A stretch of DNA of 64,000 nucleotides, from positions 54,691 through 118,690 of the forward strand of contig JBDRCC010000021.1 of NCBI GenBank assembly GCA_043822065.1, written 5' to 3'. This document shows positions 46,081 through 55,666 of this stretch, in pieces. The notes beneath the pieces are model-generated. The model saw only the letters and a list, made by a program, of their open reading frames with translations, was not told the origin of the DNA and ran no database searches. How positions within the stretch are numbered: position 1 is the first letter of the stretch; every line of letters starts with the position of its first letter. The stretch comes from an archaeon. Its GTDB lineage: Archaea; Undinarchaeota; CAZHTU01; JBDRCC01. Position numbers and translations under genes: made by a program.

Positions 46081-47703
46081 TTATACTATGCCAAGCCGCC
46101 TTGCAGTTTTGGTTAGTATATCAGCGCACTGCAGGACCTGCTCAATAGGGCAGAACTCCTGGCTAGTGTGGGCGTAGTCCAGGTCCCCAGGCCCCTGGAC
46201 GACAACCTCTATCGGCACCTTATGCTTTTCCGATGCCAGCTTCAGCCAAAATGCTTCGCACGGGCCCATCGAGATTGTTTTTGCGCTTCCAAGCTCATTT
46301 TTTGTTGCTTCAAGCGCCTTAGAAATGAAGTCTGACTTCGTGTCCTGCAGATATCCCCGTGTCTTGAAGGAGAACCTTACCTTGCACTCAATTCCACCAT
46401 CCTTTGATGTGAGGGTCAGTACCTTTTGCTTGAGCCCGTAAACCGGATCCGGCTCTGTAGAGGTCGTGGCATCAGCGCTTCCAAACTGGCTCTTAAACCT
46501 TTTTGTAACTTCCCTGGAAATATGCTTCTCCATGTCCTTGAGCGGGTAGTCCGGGACTGTCCCCCACGAGCATAATGCAATGCCCTTGTTTGCCGGGGTG
46601 AGACTCTCACCCTTTTCTGCCTCAACAGCTGTCTTAAGCTTCAGGAGGAAGCATTTCATGGTCGGGTAGGGCCAGTCCCTTGGGAGCGTCTCCACGCCAA
46701 GCACGAAAGGCACGCCCCCATGTGAAAACAGCCCGCGCCCGTTGGTCTGCCTTACAAGCTCCCGGATTGCGCTCTTGCCCACCCCTGAATACGAGTGTGC
46801 TGATTCCCCCTCCACCTCAACCTCCTTTACCTTGCCGTATACCGCCATCTGCGGCGCCATAGGGTCGTGCGCCGCCGTCAGGCTTTCAGAGTAGAGCGGG
46901 ATGCCAGGGCGGATTTTTTCAAGCGAATAAACTGCCGGCAGGACCTTGAGCAGGTCGCCCACGGCATTCTTCGACTTAACCTCGACATTGAATATCATAT
47001 AGCCTATCCCAGAAACGCCGACGCAAAGCCTCGTGGGCTCAGTGATGTGGACATAGTCCGGCAGGAAGTCCGGACGGTGTGTAACCGAGTGGTCCGGAGA
47101 CAGGCCGACTAGCGCCCTCACGCCAGCAACATTCGTCTCCTCATTCTTCGTGTAAACCGCGCCAATAGTCCCGTTCAGGCTGGCCTCCCCGCTTAGCACG
47201 GCAGTGATTGCCCTCCTGTGCGCCAAAAAGATGCTCGCGACTCCGCCCTTCATGTCGCATGCCCCCCGCCCGTAAACATTCCCGTGAGAAATCTTTCCGC
47301 TGAACGGGTCTGCCTTTTTCAGCCTGTAGTCCTCGACCGTGACCGTGTCAACGTGCCCAAGCCAGAGGTAATACGGCCTGCGCCTTTTCTCATTCTCAAG
47401 AAGCACCAGGAGGTACTCCGGCTTTCTGATAAATCTCACGTAAATGCCTTTCCGGCTTCCAAGCCCAGAAAGGAAGCGCTTATACTCCTTCTCTAAGAAG
47501 TCAAGGACCTTGTCGCTTCCGCCCAAATCGCATACGAGCTCCCCACCCCGTCTGAACCACTCAACGCTTGGGATCTTCACAAGCTTGCTTAAAAGCTCAG
47601 CCGCCTCCGCGTAATCCTTGCTGTTGCGCACCATCAAGCTGATACTTGTTGCGTTGGGTATAATAATCTTTTCCCGAACGCCGCCTCCAGTCAAACTCTC
47701 CAT
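46081..47703 (-). CDS. M20/ArgE/DapE-family metallo-amidohydrolase
   Basis: GHVDTV, YGRGACDMKGG, NEE, TEPT and GPG...AHTSQE motifs; TTTATAT box 23 nt upstream of the ATG at 47703. Confidence 0.85.
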   Translation of the reverse strand: MESLTGGGVREKIIIPNATSISLMVRNSKDYAEAAELLSKLVKIPSVEWFRRGGELVCDLGGSDKVLDFLEKEYKRFLSGLGSRKGIYVRFIRKPEYLLVLLENEKRRRPYYLWLGHVDTVTVEDYRLKKADPFSGKISHGNVYGRGACDMKGGVASIFLAHRRAITAVLSGEASLNGTIGAVYTKNEETNVAGVRALVGLSPDHSVTHRPDFLPDYVHITEPTRLCVGVSGIGYMIFNVEVKSKNAVGDLLKVLPAVYSLEKIRPGIPLYSESLTAAHDPMAPQMAVYGKVKEVEVEGESAHSYSGVGKSAIRELVRQTNGRGLFSHGGVPFVLGVETLPRDWPYPTMKCFLLKLKTAVEAEKGESLTPANKGIALCSWGTVPDYPLKDMEKHISREVTKRFKSQFGSADATTSTEPDPVYGLKQKVLTLTSKDGGIECKVRFSFKTRGYLQDTKSDFISKALEATKNELGSAKTISMGPCEAFWLKLASEKHKVPIEVVVQGPGDLDYAHTSQEFCPIEQVLQCADILTKTARRLGIV

Positions 47704-47797
47704 CGGAAAAGCACCCTTAGAAACCCATATAAACGGGCAAACTTTTATCATAATACGTGCGCCTAGCAGCCACATTTATTATATAGGGGGTTAAGAA

Positions 47798-50700
47798 ATG
47801 AGATCGAATCTTTCAGACCATCGAGTAGACATCTTTGGAGCAAAACACATCCTGTTTGTTACCCTCTTAGGATTGGCGCTGATGGCTGCTAGCGTGAGCG
47901 CTGCCTGCTCCCCCGGGCCGGGAGAGTTCTGCTTCCAGATACCTGACCAGCCGACATGTACTGGTGCCGGATGCACATGGACGCCTCCAAACTACATCTA
48001 CCGCGGCACAACAGTTAACTCCTCAACAGGCCAAGCCATCATCCTCGTCAACGTAACTGCGAGCACGCCCTCCTTCTTCAAGTTCGCAGCCCAAATGGGC
48101 ATGGACCTTTCTGCAATGAACTGCAAAATCGACGAGGTTTCAAACCTTACCGACATAAACGGCAACTTCTCGCTCAACGTTTCAACCTTAGGCGCGCTTA
48201 ACCCAGCATCAAGCTGCCAGTTCCAGGGAGGGATGTACCCTATAACAATAACGGCACGCATGTATGATGACGTAGGCAACGTCACCTTCCTCACCAAGGA
48301 AGTCATGCAGCCGAGGGACAGGTCAATGATGCCTGCGCAGGCGCCAGACCTGAAGCTCTTCATGTCCCCAGCGGCAAACCTCTTTATCAGGCCTATGTGG
48401 AAGACTGAATACTTCGGTGCGGCTGACTCCGCAGCAGGAAACTGCACCTTTGAGATACAGGTCTACGACAACAAGACCAAGACACAGCTCTCCTTTGAGC
48501 AGGCTATCAATCTCTCCATAGAGGACGGCGGCTGGAAGCACATAGTCCTCCCCGCAAACCGCACCTACATGGTAACAATGATGACGTTCTCCAGCGCCCC
48601 AGGGTGCGCCCCGGTAGAGGGTCCGCCGGGTGCAGAGTTTGTCGCGTCGCCCCCACAGTCATTCATTTATGACACAAGCATAGCGGCGAGCTACGGCGCA
48701 ACAAAGACAATCTACACAGAGCCCATGCTCAACTGGACCGCAGTCCAGATAAACGGAACGATTTCAATGCCAGCCGGCGAGCATGCCGACGTCGTCGGGC
48801 TTGTCGCCCACGTAGTCCAATCCGCGGCTCCGTACGGCCACGGCCTCGGTCAGGGCATGATATCACCGCAGACGGATGCCCTTGCAAGAGACACTGGCGC
48901 CTACAACTTCAGCCTCCCGGGCTCTGCAACGCTCCAGTACATACTCGAGGCGTCAGCATACAACGCAACGACAAACACCTGGTACGTCGGCTACAAGCAG
49001 ATTGTCACCTCAACCGGTCCGCAGATTGCAGACTTTACGCTCTATCCTGCACTCGGCAGGGCGTCAGTCGCTTCAAACGCGTTCAATGACCTGAACAAAT
49101 CAATCATGAACTTCACTTTCCACGACTCAGGCAACGCCAACAGGTCGACTGACAGGGCTGGGGACATGAAGCTCACAGTATCCTACCCGGACGGCACATC
49201 AATCGACTGGATGCTCTTCAGCGACAGCGGAAGCGTCCTTCAGATGCCCATCCCGCTCTATGCGAACATAACCTACAACGCCTTCAGCCCGAGCTACGCC
49301 CCGAGGAAAGGGACGCTCAACTACACCGACCTGCTCGGCTACAACTCCACAGGGAACATACCAATCTACTTCAAGTCCTTCGACATGAAGCCCCCCGACG
49401 GCGGCAGCTTTGTGAACACGCCGTTCATGTACTTCTTCAAGTACGAAGCCGCCTGCAACGCGCCGGTGGTAAGCAGCCTGCAGGACCTCACTGCGCACCC
49501 GTGCTACCTAAACGGCCCGTTCCCGGCAATCGGGTTCTTCCCTGACATGGCAGCGACGGTCGAGAAGGTAAACCTGATAATGATAACCCCGACCAGCCCG
49601 CCGATAATGAACATGTACGTCGGAGTTGAGCTCGTCGAAACCGGCCCGCCGGACATTGAGTATTTCGAGTCCGCGATTGACACAATCACAACAGGCGCCA
49701 ACATCGAGAACATCTGGAAGTTCGGAAGCAAGGCGCCGGCAATATACGACTACTCGCTCGTCGGGGTGCCGGTCAACATGAGCCAGCTCAACGCAAGGGC
49801 AGGGTTCACGTCAAAGATTCCCATGCTCTACGACGACAACTGGAACATGGTCTGGAACGGCAGCCTGCCGGCGAACGAGAACGCCACCAACATCCCGTCC
49901 GACTTTTCTGACTACCCGAAGGACTTCTTCAACGCAAGCAGCCCGATGGCATGCACGGCATCCTACACACCTGGCACGACATACTGCTACTACAACGAGT
50001 CGGTCCAGATGGTCTGGTGGAGGTTTGAGCACTTCACAGGAGTTGCTCCGGGCTACACCGGCAGCGCAGGCGACTCGCCGAACGTGACCCTCAACACTCC
50101 GCTGAACTTGACTTACACCAGCAACCCGGCGGTCCTTTTCAACTTCACAGCATGGGATCCTGATATAGCCCCGGCAGACCAGGAGAACCTGACCTGCTAC
50201 CTCTGGATGTCGACGAACATATGCGACGACGTATACTCAATTGCGGCGCCGCCAAACGTCACCCAGAACAATACCGCAACGTCAATGTACCGGACCATCA
50301 CGTCGATGTATGACGGATGCTATGAATGGTACGTTAACTGCACCGACGGGTTCGGCAATGCTGGCTGGCCTGCAAGCCGCCGCCTCTACGTAGACACGTG
50401 GAACGCAACCACAAGCGTCGGCCACTCAGCGACCACCTGGTACACGTCTGCCACTATGAACATAACGTTCACGTGCACAGACCCGACTGCGGCGGGCACG
50501 CCGTCCGGGTGCAATGCAACCTACTACAGGTACATAGGCACCACCGGCTGGACTGCATGGACTGCATTGGACACTAGCAGCCTCACTGTCGGCGCCGACC
50601 TGCCGTACGAGGGCAACCTGACCTACCAGTACTACTCGCTGGACAAGACTCAAAACAACGAGTCCATCTACCTTGACGCCGCCCAGACGACCAACGTCCT

Positions 50701-52726
50701 CTGGGACAAGACAACCCCAGTCGTGACAGCATACAGCTACCCGAGCCAGACGAATGGCACAGACCCGTATGCAAACTACTCGCACTTCAACGTCACCGCG
50801 GTTGACGCATCGGACGAGGCGCTAAGCTGCATACTGTACGTCGATGACATTGCGCGGGCAAGCAATCTGACCGTCAGGAACAACACTGCCACGAACATGA
50901 CCAGTGCTGGAATCCAGCTCGCGGCAGGGACCCACACCTGGAACGTCACCTGCTCAGACCGGGCGGGGCACTCGAACTCAACCGCGATGAGGACCATCGC
51001 CATTGACGGCGTTGCACCGGCGACCTCGGTTGTCTGCAACGGCGCAGCCTGCTCGCAGACCAGCTGGTACTCCAGCGACGTAACTCTGAACTTCACCTGC
51101 ACTGACACCGGCGTTGCCGGATGCAGCGTCGTAGGCTACGCAGTCACAGGAGTCGCAAGCTGGACTGGAGTCTCAGCTAGCGGAGCCGGCTACCTGCTCA
51201 GCTCAGAGGGCAACAACACAGTCTACTACAACTCCACCGACGCCTTCGGGAATGTTGAGGCGACAAACACTCTCAACATCCTCATCGACAAGGGCGCCCC
51301 GGGAGTGACTGCAAATGCGCCAGCGCACTACTCGAACACAAGCAGCACGTCGTTCAGCGCGAATTTTACTGCAGTTGACGCCGTATCCTCGGCTATGATC
51401 TGCAGCCTGATGCTCGACGGCACGACAGCCCAGACGGGCATAACTGCACCTAACAATACTGCAGTCCAAGCCACAACGCAGACCGTTGCAGAGGGCGGCC
51501 ACTACTGGAACGTCACCTGCGCAGACTTGACAGGGCTTACGAACTCGACGTCGATCCGGAACTTCACAATGGACGCAACCGCGCCGTCTGTTTCAGCGGT
51601 AATCTCGCCGAGCCTGACTGTCAACAACACCTACGTCCTGCTGAATGTGACTGTCACAGATACGACAGTAACTCACGGCCAGTTTACCCTGACAAAGCCT
51701 GACACGACAGCCGTGACTGCAGACCTTAGCGTTGGTTCGACTAACCGGCTTTACAACCGGACCTACGTCGACCAGAACGGCACCTACTCCGTGACCTTCA
51801 ACATAACTGATGCTGTTGGCCTGCAGACTATTACCTCAAGCTACTCGTTTGCGGTAAAGCAGCCTGTCCAGGTTGTCATAAACGTCACCAACAGCACTGG
51901 CAGCTCTGGCGGGGTAATAGTTGAGTTCGTCGACCCGGCAACAAACCAGACAATAAATTCAACTAGCAGCACAACGTCGAACACTACCCAGCCGGCAACG
52001 GCTCAGCTGAACATAAAAATAACTGACACGGCGACGAACGTCTCATTCCTGCTGCCAGTGAACACAAACTCAGACGTAAGCTTCGCGCCTACTGCGCAGA
52101 AGGAGAACGCAAGCCTGGCGGCAGCGCCGACGGGAGTCAATGCCTCGATAGTACAGATGTTCTCGCCGAATGTCTCAGTCGCGGCGACAGCCTACCTGTC
52201 GTTTAACTATTCGCAGTACGGCTACTCCGACACAGCCGCGGCGAGCCTGAAGGCGTACAAGTGCTCGAGCTACAACTCGACGGCAGGCGTCTGCAGCGGT
52301 TCGTGGACTGAGCTAACAAGGACGTCCCTGAACACCGGAACCAAGATAGTCACCTTTGAGATTGGAACGACCTTCTCGACTTTCCTTGTTGGGCTGTACA
52401 CTGCCCCAGCAACCTCAGACACCGGCGGCGAGGATATCACGAGGACGAGCCCGTGGGGTCCATCAATCCAAGACACCGGCGAAAAGGAAGAGACCCCTCT
52501 TGAGGAAGCCCCGGAGGCGCCGGAATTGGTATCTGAGGAGGAAGCACCGCCAGCTCCGCCTACCGTGCCAGTTAAAGAGCCTGAAAAGGCTCCGCCAGCA
52601 GTCGCAACGGTTGAGGCGCCGCCCTACATGATAGTAGGCGTTGTAATCTGCGTCCTCGTCCTCGTCGGCGTCTTTTACTACGCCGTCGGGTCAGGCGCGA
52701 AGCCAAAGGCGAAATCCAGAAACTGA
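47798..52726 (+). CDS. Very large Ig-like-repeat surface glycoprotein with C-terminal TM anchor
   Basis: Signal peptide, repeated W(N/Y)VxCxD...N...R beta-sandwich units, dense NxS/T sequons, an E/P-rich stalk, and a TM helix plus basic tail. Confidence 0.8.
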   Translation: MRSNLSDHRVDIFGAKHILFVTLLGLALMAASVSAACSPGPGEFCFQIPDQPTCTGAGCTWTPPNYIYRGTTVNSSTGQAIILVNVTASTPSFFKFAAQMGMDLSAMNCKIDEVSNLTDINGNFSLNVSTLGALNPASSCQFQGGMYPITITARMYDDVGNVTFLTKEVMQPRDRSMMPAQAPDLKLFMSPAANLFIRPMWKTEYFGAADSAAGNCTFEIQVYDNKTKTQLSFEQAINLSIEDGGWKHIVLPANRTYMVTMMTFSSAPGCAPVEGPPGAEFVASPPQSFIYDTSIAASYGATKTIYTEPMLNWTAVQINGTISMPAGEHADVVGLVAHVVQSAAPYGHGLGQGMISPQTDALARDTGAYNFSLPGSATLQYILEASAYNATTNTWYVGYKQIVTSTGPQIADFTLYPALGRASVASNAFNDLNKSIMNFTFHDSGNANRSTDRAGDMKLTVSYPDGTSIDWMLFSDSGSVLQMPIPLYANITYNAFSPSYAPRKGTLNYTDLLGYNSTGNIPIYFKSFDMKPPDGGSFVNTPFMYFFKYEAACNAPVVSSLQDLTAHPCYLNGPFPAIGFFPDMAATVEKVNLIMITPTSPPIMNMYVGVELVETGPPDIEYFESAIDTITTGANIENIWKFGSKAPAIYDYSLVGVPVNMSQLNARAGFTSKIPMLYDDNWNMVWNGSLPANENATNIPSDFSDYPKDFFNASSPMACTASYTPGTTYCYYNESVQMVWWRFEHFTGVAPGYTGSAGDSPNVTLNTPLNLTYTSNPAVLFNFTAWDPDIAPADQENLTCYLWMSTNICDDVYSIAAPPNVTQNNTATSMYRTITSMYDGCYEWYVNCTDGFGNAGWPASRRLYVDTWNATTSVGHSATTWYTSATMNITFTCTDPTAAGTPSGCNATYYRYIGTTGWTAWTALDTSSLTVGADLPYEGNLTYQYYSLDKTQNNESIYLDAAQTTNVLWDKTTPVVTAYSYPSQTNGTDPYANYSHFNVTAVDASDEALSCILYVDDIARASNLTVRNNTATNMTSAGIQLAAGTHTWNVTCSDRAGHSNSTAMRTIAIDGVAPATSVVCNGAACSQTSWYSSDVTLNFTCTDTGVAGCSVVGYAVTGVASWTGVSASGAGYLLSSEGNNTVYYNSTDAFGNVEATNTLNILIDKGAPGVTANAPAHYSNTSSTSFSANFTAVDAVSSAMICSLMLDGTTAQTGITAPNNTAVQATTQTVAEGGHYWNVTCADLTGLTNSTSIRNFTMDATAPSVSAVISPSLTVNNTYVLLNVTVTDTTVTHGQFTLTKPDTTAVTADLSVGSTNRLYNRTYVDQNGTYSVTFNITDAVGLQTITSSYSFAVKQPVQVVINVTNSTGSSGGVIVEFVDPATNQTINSTSSTTSNTTQPATAQLNIKITDTATNVSFLLPVNTNSDVSFAPTAQKENASLAAAPTGVNASIVQMFSPNVSVAATAYLSFNYSQYGYSDTAAASLKAYKCSSYNSTAGVCSGSWTELTRTSLNTGTKIVTFEIGTTFSTFLVGLYTAPATSDTGGEDITRTSPWGPSIQDTGEKEETPLEEAPEAPELVSEEEAPPAPPTVPVKEPEKAPPAVATVEAPPYMIVGVVICVLVLVGVFYYAVGSGAKPKAKSRN

Positions 52727-52758
52727 TTGCAGGCGCCAGCCTGCAACCTTTATTTTAT
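52727..52758 (+). terminator. GC hairpin plus T-tract terminator
   Basis: TTGCAGGC-GCCA-GCCTGCAA-CCTTTATTTTAT directly after the stop codon. Confidence 0.75.
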
Positions 52759-52814
52759 GTCCCCCTAGTGCGCGCTCTGAAAGCTTATAATCTTCCGATA
52801 CATTAACTAAAGCG

Positions 52815-53834
52815 ATGAAAGACCTAAACTACAAGCTCGACAAGGCAGGCGCAATAAAGATTCACGAGGTATTCCCTGAGGCCTGCAGGAACGCGCTGGC
52901 AAGCGCAAGGAAGGTTGAGCTGAACTACCAGGTCCCGCGCGACATAATAATCGCAGGAATGGGCGGATCCGCCATAGGCGGCGACCTTCTGAAGGAGTGG
53001 CTCCCCGACCTAAGCATCACAATCGCCCGCGGCTATGACCTGCCGCTCTGGGCAGACAAAAACACCCTCGTAATCGCAAGCTCGTACTCCGGCAACACGG
53101 TCGAGACGCTGTCAGCACTTCAGCAGGCAATAGAAAAGGGCTGCATGGTCGTTGGAATCTCCGCAGGCGGAAAGCTTGAGCAGGTTTCCCTGAAAAGCGG
53201 GTTCCCCCTGATACGCCTGCCAAAGGGCTACCAGCCGCGGTATGCCGTTTCCCATTCATTCTTCAGCCTCGTCGCAGTAATGGAAAAAATAGGCCTTCTC
53301 TCCAAGTCCCTCAGCATCGAGACCTCTTTCGAGGCGCTTGAGAAGATGCGCGACGAGCTGAAGCACAGCACCCCGGCATCAAAGAACCCTGCCAAGGAGC
53401 TTGCAAAGAAAATTGGCAAGCACATACCGCTTGTCTACTCATCCGACCCGCTGAACTCAGTTGCGATGAGGATGAAGGCGGAAATAAACGAGAACGCCAA
53501 AATCCCGGCGTTCTGCAACTTCTTCCCTGAGCTGAACCACAACGAAATCGTCGGCTGGTCCTCCCCGCTAAGCAGGCAGTTCTTCCCGGTCTTCCTCAGG
53601 CACGGCTTCGAGTCCGAGGAGATGAAAAAGCGGATAGAGTTCACCAAGCGGCTTGCCAAGAAGAAGACTTCGATTTACGAATTCCACGCACGCGGCTCGA
53701 CAAAACTGAGCCAGATGCTCACCGCCCTATACTTCGGCGACTTCACCTCCCTCTACCTCGCGCTCATCAACAAGGTTGACCCTACGCCGATAAAGGAAAT
53801 AGAGGCGCTGAAGAAGTACCTCTCAAAAAAGTAA
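52815..53834 (+). CDS. Bifunctional phosphoglucose/phosphomannose isomerase (SIS)
   Basis: GMGGSAIGG, SYSGNTVET, QPR, ENAK and PELNHNEI motifs. Confidence 0.93.
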   Translation: MKDLNYKLDKAGAIKIHEVFPEACRNALASARKVELNYQVPRDIIIAGMGGSAIGGDLLKEWLPDLSITIARGYDLPLWADKNTLVIASSYSGNTVETLSALQQAIEKGCMVVGISAGGKLEQVSLKSGFPLIRLPKGYQPRYAVSHSFFSLVAVMEKIGLLSKSLSIETSFEALEKMRDELKHSTPASKNPAKELAKKIGKHIPLVYSSDPLNSVAMRMKAEINENAKIPAFCNFFPELNHNEIVGWSSPLSRQFFPVFLRHGFESEEMKKRIEFTKRLAKKKTSIYEFHARGSTKLSQMLTALYFGDFTSLYLALINKVDPTPIKEIEALKKYLSKK

Positions 53835-54027
53835 TTAAACGATATCTTTTTCGTTGATCAGCACAAAGCCGCCCGACCCTTTTCTTTTTGGAAAGAAAAG
53901 GGTACGGTATCCAAAAGAAAACCAATAGGAAAAACGTCGACGAAAAAGAAACTGCCGTAGTGCAGGTAATCTCTCTTAGCCGAAAGAATCAAACGATATC
54001 TTTCTCGTTGATTAGCACAAAGTCGCC
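53835..54027. repeat. Diverged 39-bp direct repeat of the PRC-barrel gene 3' end (53835-53873 and 53989-54027) enclosing a 115-bp insert
   Basis: 35/39 identical; the copies encode GGFVLINEKDIV* and GDFVLINEKDIV*. Confidence 0.9.
53873..53953. repeat. Dispersed Y-R-R hairpin/triplex-type repeat, copy D, plus a half copy
   Basis: CCGACCCTTTTCTTTTTGGAAAGAAAAGGGTACGGTATCCAAAAGAAAACCAATAG, then GAAAAACGTCGACGAAAAAGAAACT, which matches the 3' half of copy A. Confidence 0.75.
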
Positions 54028-54246
54028 TATTGCGCCGACTGCAGAGAACGGGAGCAGTATCCTTCCGCGCTCGTCGGAGATTATGTTCTCCATCTGCTGG
54101 GTAAGGTATTTTGTCGGCTCGACTATTATGTTGATAAGCTCTCCAGTAGACAGATCCGCAGTCACGTCAGAGACCTTTCCAAACATCTTTCCGCCTTCGC
54201 TGACGACGGTCTTCCCTTGCAAGTCTCTTATCAATATCCTGGCCAT
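53989..54246 (-). CDS. PRC-barrel domain protein (archaeal CdpB-like)
   Basis: LQGKTVVSEGGKMFGKVSDV..D..TGEL...PFSAVGAIGDFVLI. Confidence 0.88.
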   Translation of the reverse strand: MARILIRDLQGKTVVSEGGKMFGKVSDVTADLSTGELINIIVEPTKYLTQQMENIISDERGRILLPFSAVGAIGDFVLINEKDIV

Positions 54247-54286
54247 GATATCACCGAATCCTATATGGAGCTACTATTTAAATCTT

Positions 54287-54820
54287 TTATTCTTCCAGCC
54301 CCTTCAAAACATCCAGCACCTTCCGCCTAAAATCCCCAATTGTGCCGTCGTTTAGAACCTTATAATCCGCATTCTCTATACCCTGCCGCACTCCCCACGC
54401 CGCTTCACGCGCGTCCTTCTTCAGGAACTCCTCATAGCTCTTGATGTCATCCGTCCTCCCCCGTGCCTTTGCCCTTTTGAACCTCAGCTCAGGCGGGCTG
54501 TCAATGGAGACAACGACAATGTCCGGAAAGAATTTTCTGAACTCCTCTATCTCGTACAGGCTCCTTACGCCTTCGATGCAGCTCCTTTCAGCCTTAATCT
54601 CCGGCGCAAGCCGCTTTGCAACAGCGCCCATGCCCTCAAGCTGCCTGAGCTCGTTTGCGGCCATACCTACGTTTTCGACATTATACTCCAGCCCGCGCCT
54701 CTTCAGCTCCTTCTTGAAAACAGAGTTCATGTAATACGCTGTGTATCCGTTCTTCCTGAAAACCTCGGACGCCTCCCCCTTGCCCGAGCCAGGCATCCCG
54801 ATAAGCGCAACGACTATCAT
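54287..54820 (-). CDS. UPF0200 P-loop kinase (dephospho-CoA kinase/NMP kinase-like)
   Basis: IGMPGSGKG, IEGVRS..E, RGRTDD and ADYKVLNDG motifs. Confidence 0.85.
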   Translation of the reverse strand: MIVVALIGMPGSGKGEASEVFRKNGYTAYYMNSVFKKELKRRGLEYNVENVGMAANELRQLEGMGAVAKRLAPEIKAERSCIEGVRSLYEIEEFRKFFPDIVVVSIDSPPELRFKRAKARGRTDDIKSYEEFLKKDAREAAWGVRQGIENADYKVLNDGTIGDFRRKVLDVLKGLEE

Positions 54821-54902
54821 AATCCCAGTGAAGCGCAACTAATCTAAAAGCTTGTCCGTCCATGCCAGAAGGTTTATTAACCCAAAGAGTCAACATACAT
54901 TT

Positions 54903-55622
54903 ATGGCAAAGATAGACAAAGCAAAGATAATTCAAGAGTGGAAGTCCAAAGAAAAGCTTGGCCTGGACATAGCAAGGAAAGCCGAGGAGTGCCTCAAGCA
55001 GAGGGACTACGAGTTTTTCGACTTTGCCTCGATACTGTACATCCACGCGTCAACCGCATTCCTCCGCGCCCAAACGAAAAAAGCGGCTTTTTCAGGGAAT
55101 GAAAACCCCATGATATTCTGCTTAAACATGCACTTGAAATCCAAGAAAAAGATGCTTGAGGCGCTGGAGCAAACCGCCGAGACAAGCAAAATTGCGAATG
55201 AGGAATGGATGCAGATGGGCGAGGATTACAAAAAGGGCGTCGAGAACGACACTAAATACGTCCCGATTATAGCCGAGAAGATAGACCTCCTTTGGAACAT
55301 CCTGACGAGCGAGGGCATCCTGTCAATGCTGGAGGCTGGCGGGCTTGACAACAAGGCATTCCCTACCGGCTCGGATGAGTTCTTCGAAGAGATTAAGCTG
55401 CGGTCTGATGACTTCGTCAAAGAGGTCACGAGCCAATGCGAGAAATACTCGCTTAGCAAGCTGGAGACTGCAGCATTTGTCGACTACCTCGGCGCGCTGT
55501 TCGTGTACTCAATACGGACCCCAGAGCAGCTCGAGGCGTCCTACCGCGACCTTGCAGGCAGGGCCAAGCTACGCAGGGACATGGATGTCGTAAGAAAGCG
55601 CAGTGCAAGCTACAGGATATAG
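54903..55622 (+). CDS. Hypothetical helical protein
   Basis: ATG at 54903, ~22 nt after TTTATTAA; 239 aa. Confidence 0.65.
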   Translation: MAKIDKAKIIQEWKSKEKLGLDIARKAEECLKQRDYEFFDFASILYIHASTAFLRAQTKKAAFSGNENPMIFCLNMHLKSKKKMLEALEQTAETSKIANEEWMQMGEDYKKGVENDTKYVPIIAEKIDLLWNILTSEGILSMLEAGGLDNKAFPTGSDEFFEEIKLRSDDFVKEVTSQCEKYSLSKLETAAFVDYLGALFVYSIRTPEQLEASYRDLAGRAKLRRDMDVVRKRSASYRI

Positions 55623-55666
55623 CGCTATTCCGCCATCTTAATAAATCCTGAAATATTATCTTCCTC

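Noticed and set aside
53835-54027. Diversity-generating retroelement TR/VR pair
   Set aside because: Only 39 bp; the differences go both A>G and G>A and are mostly silent; there is no reverse transcriptase in the window.
53888-54355. 155-aa plus-strand ORF
   Set aside because: It starts at a TTG inside the dispersed repeat and is antisense to the PRC-barrel gene.
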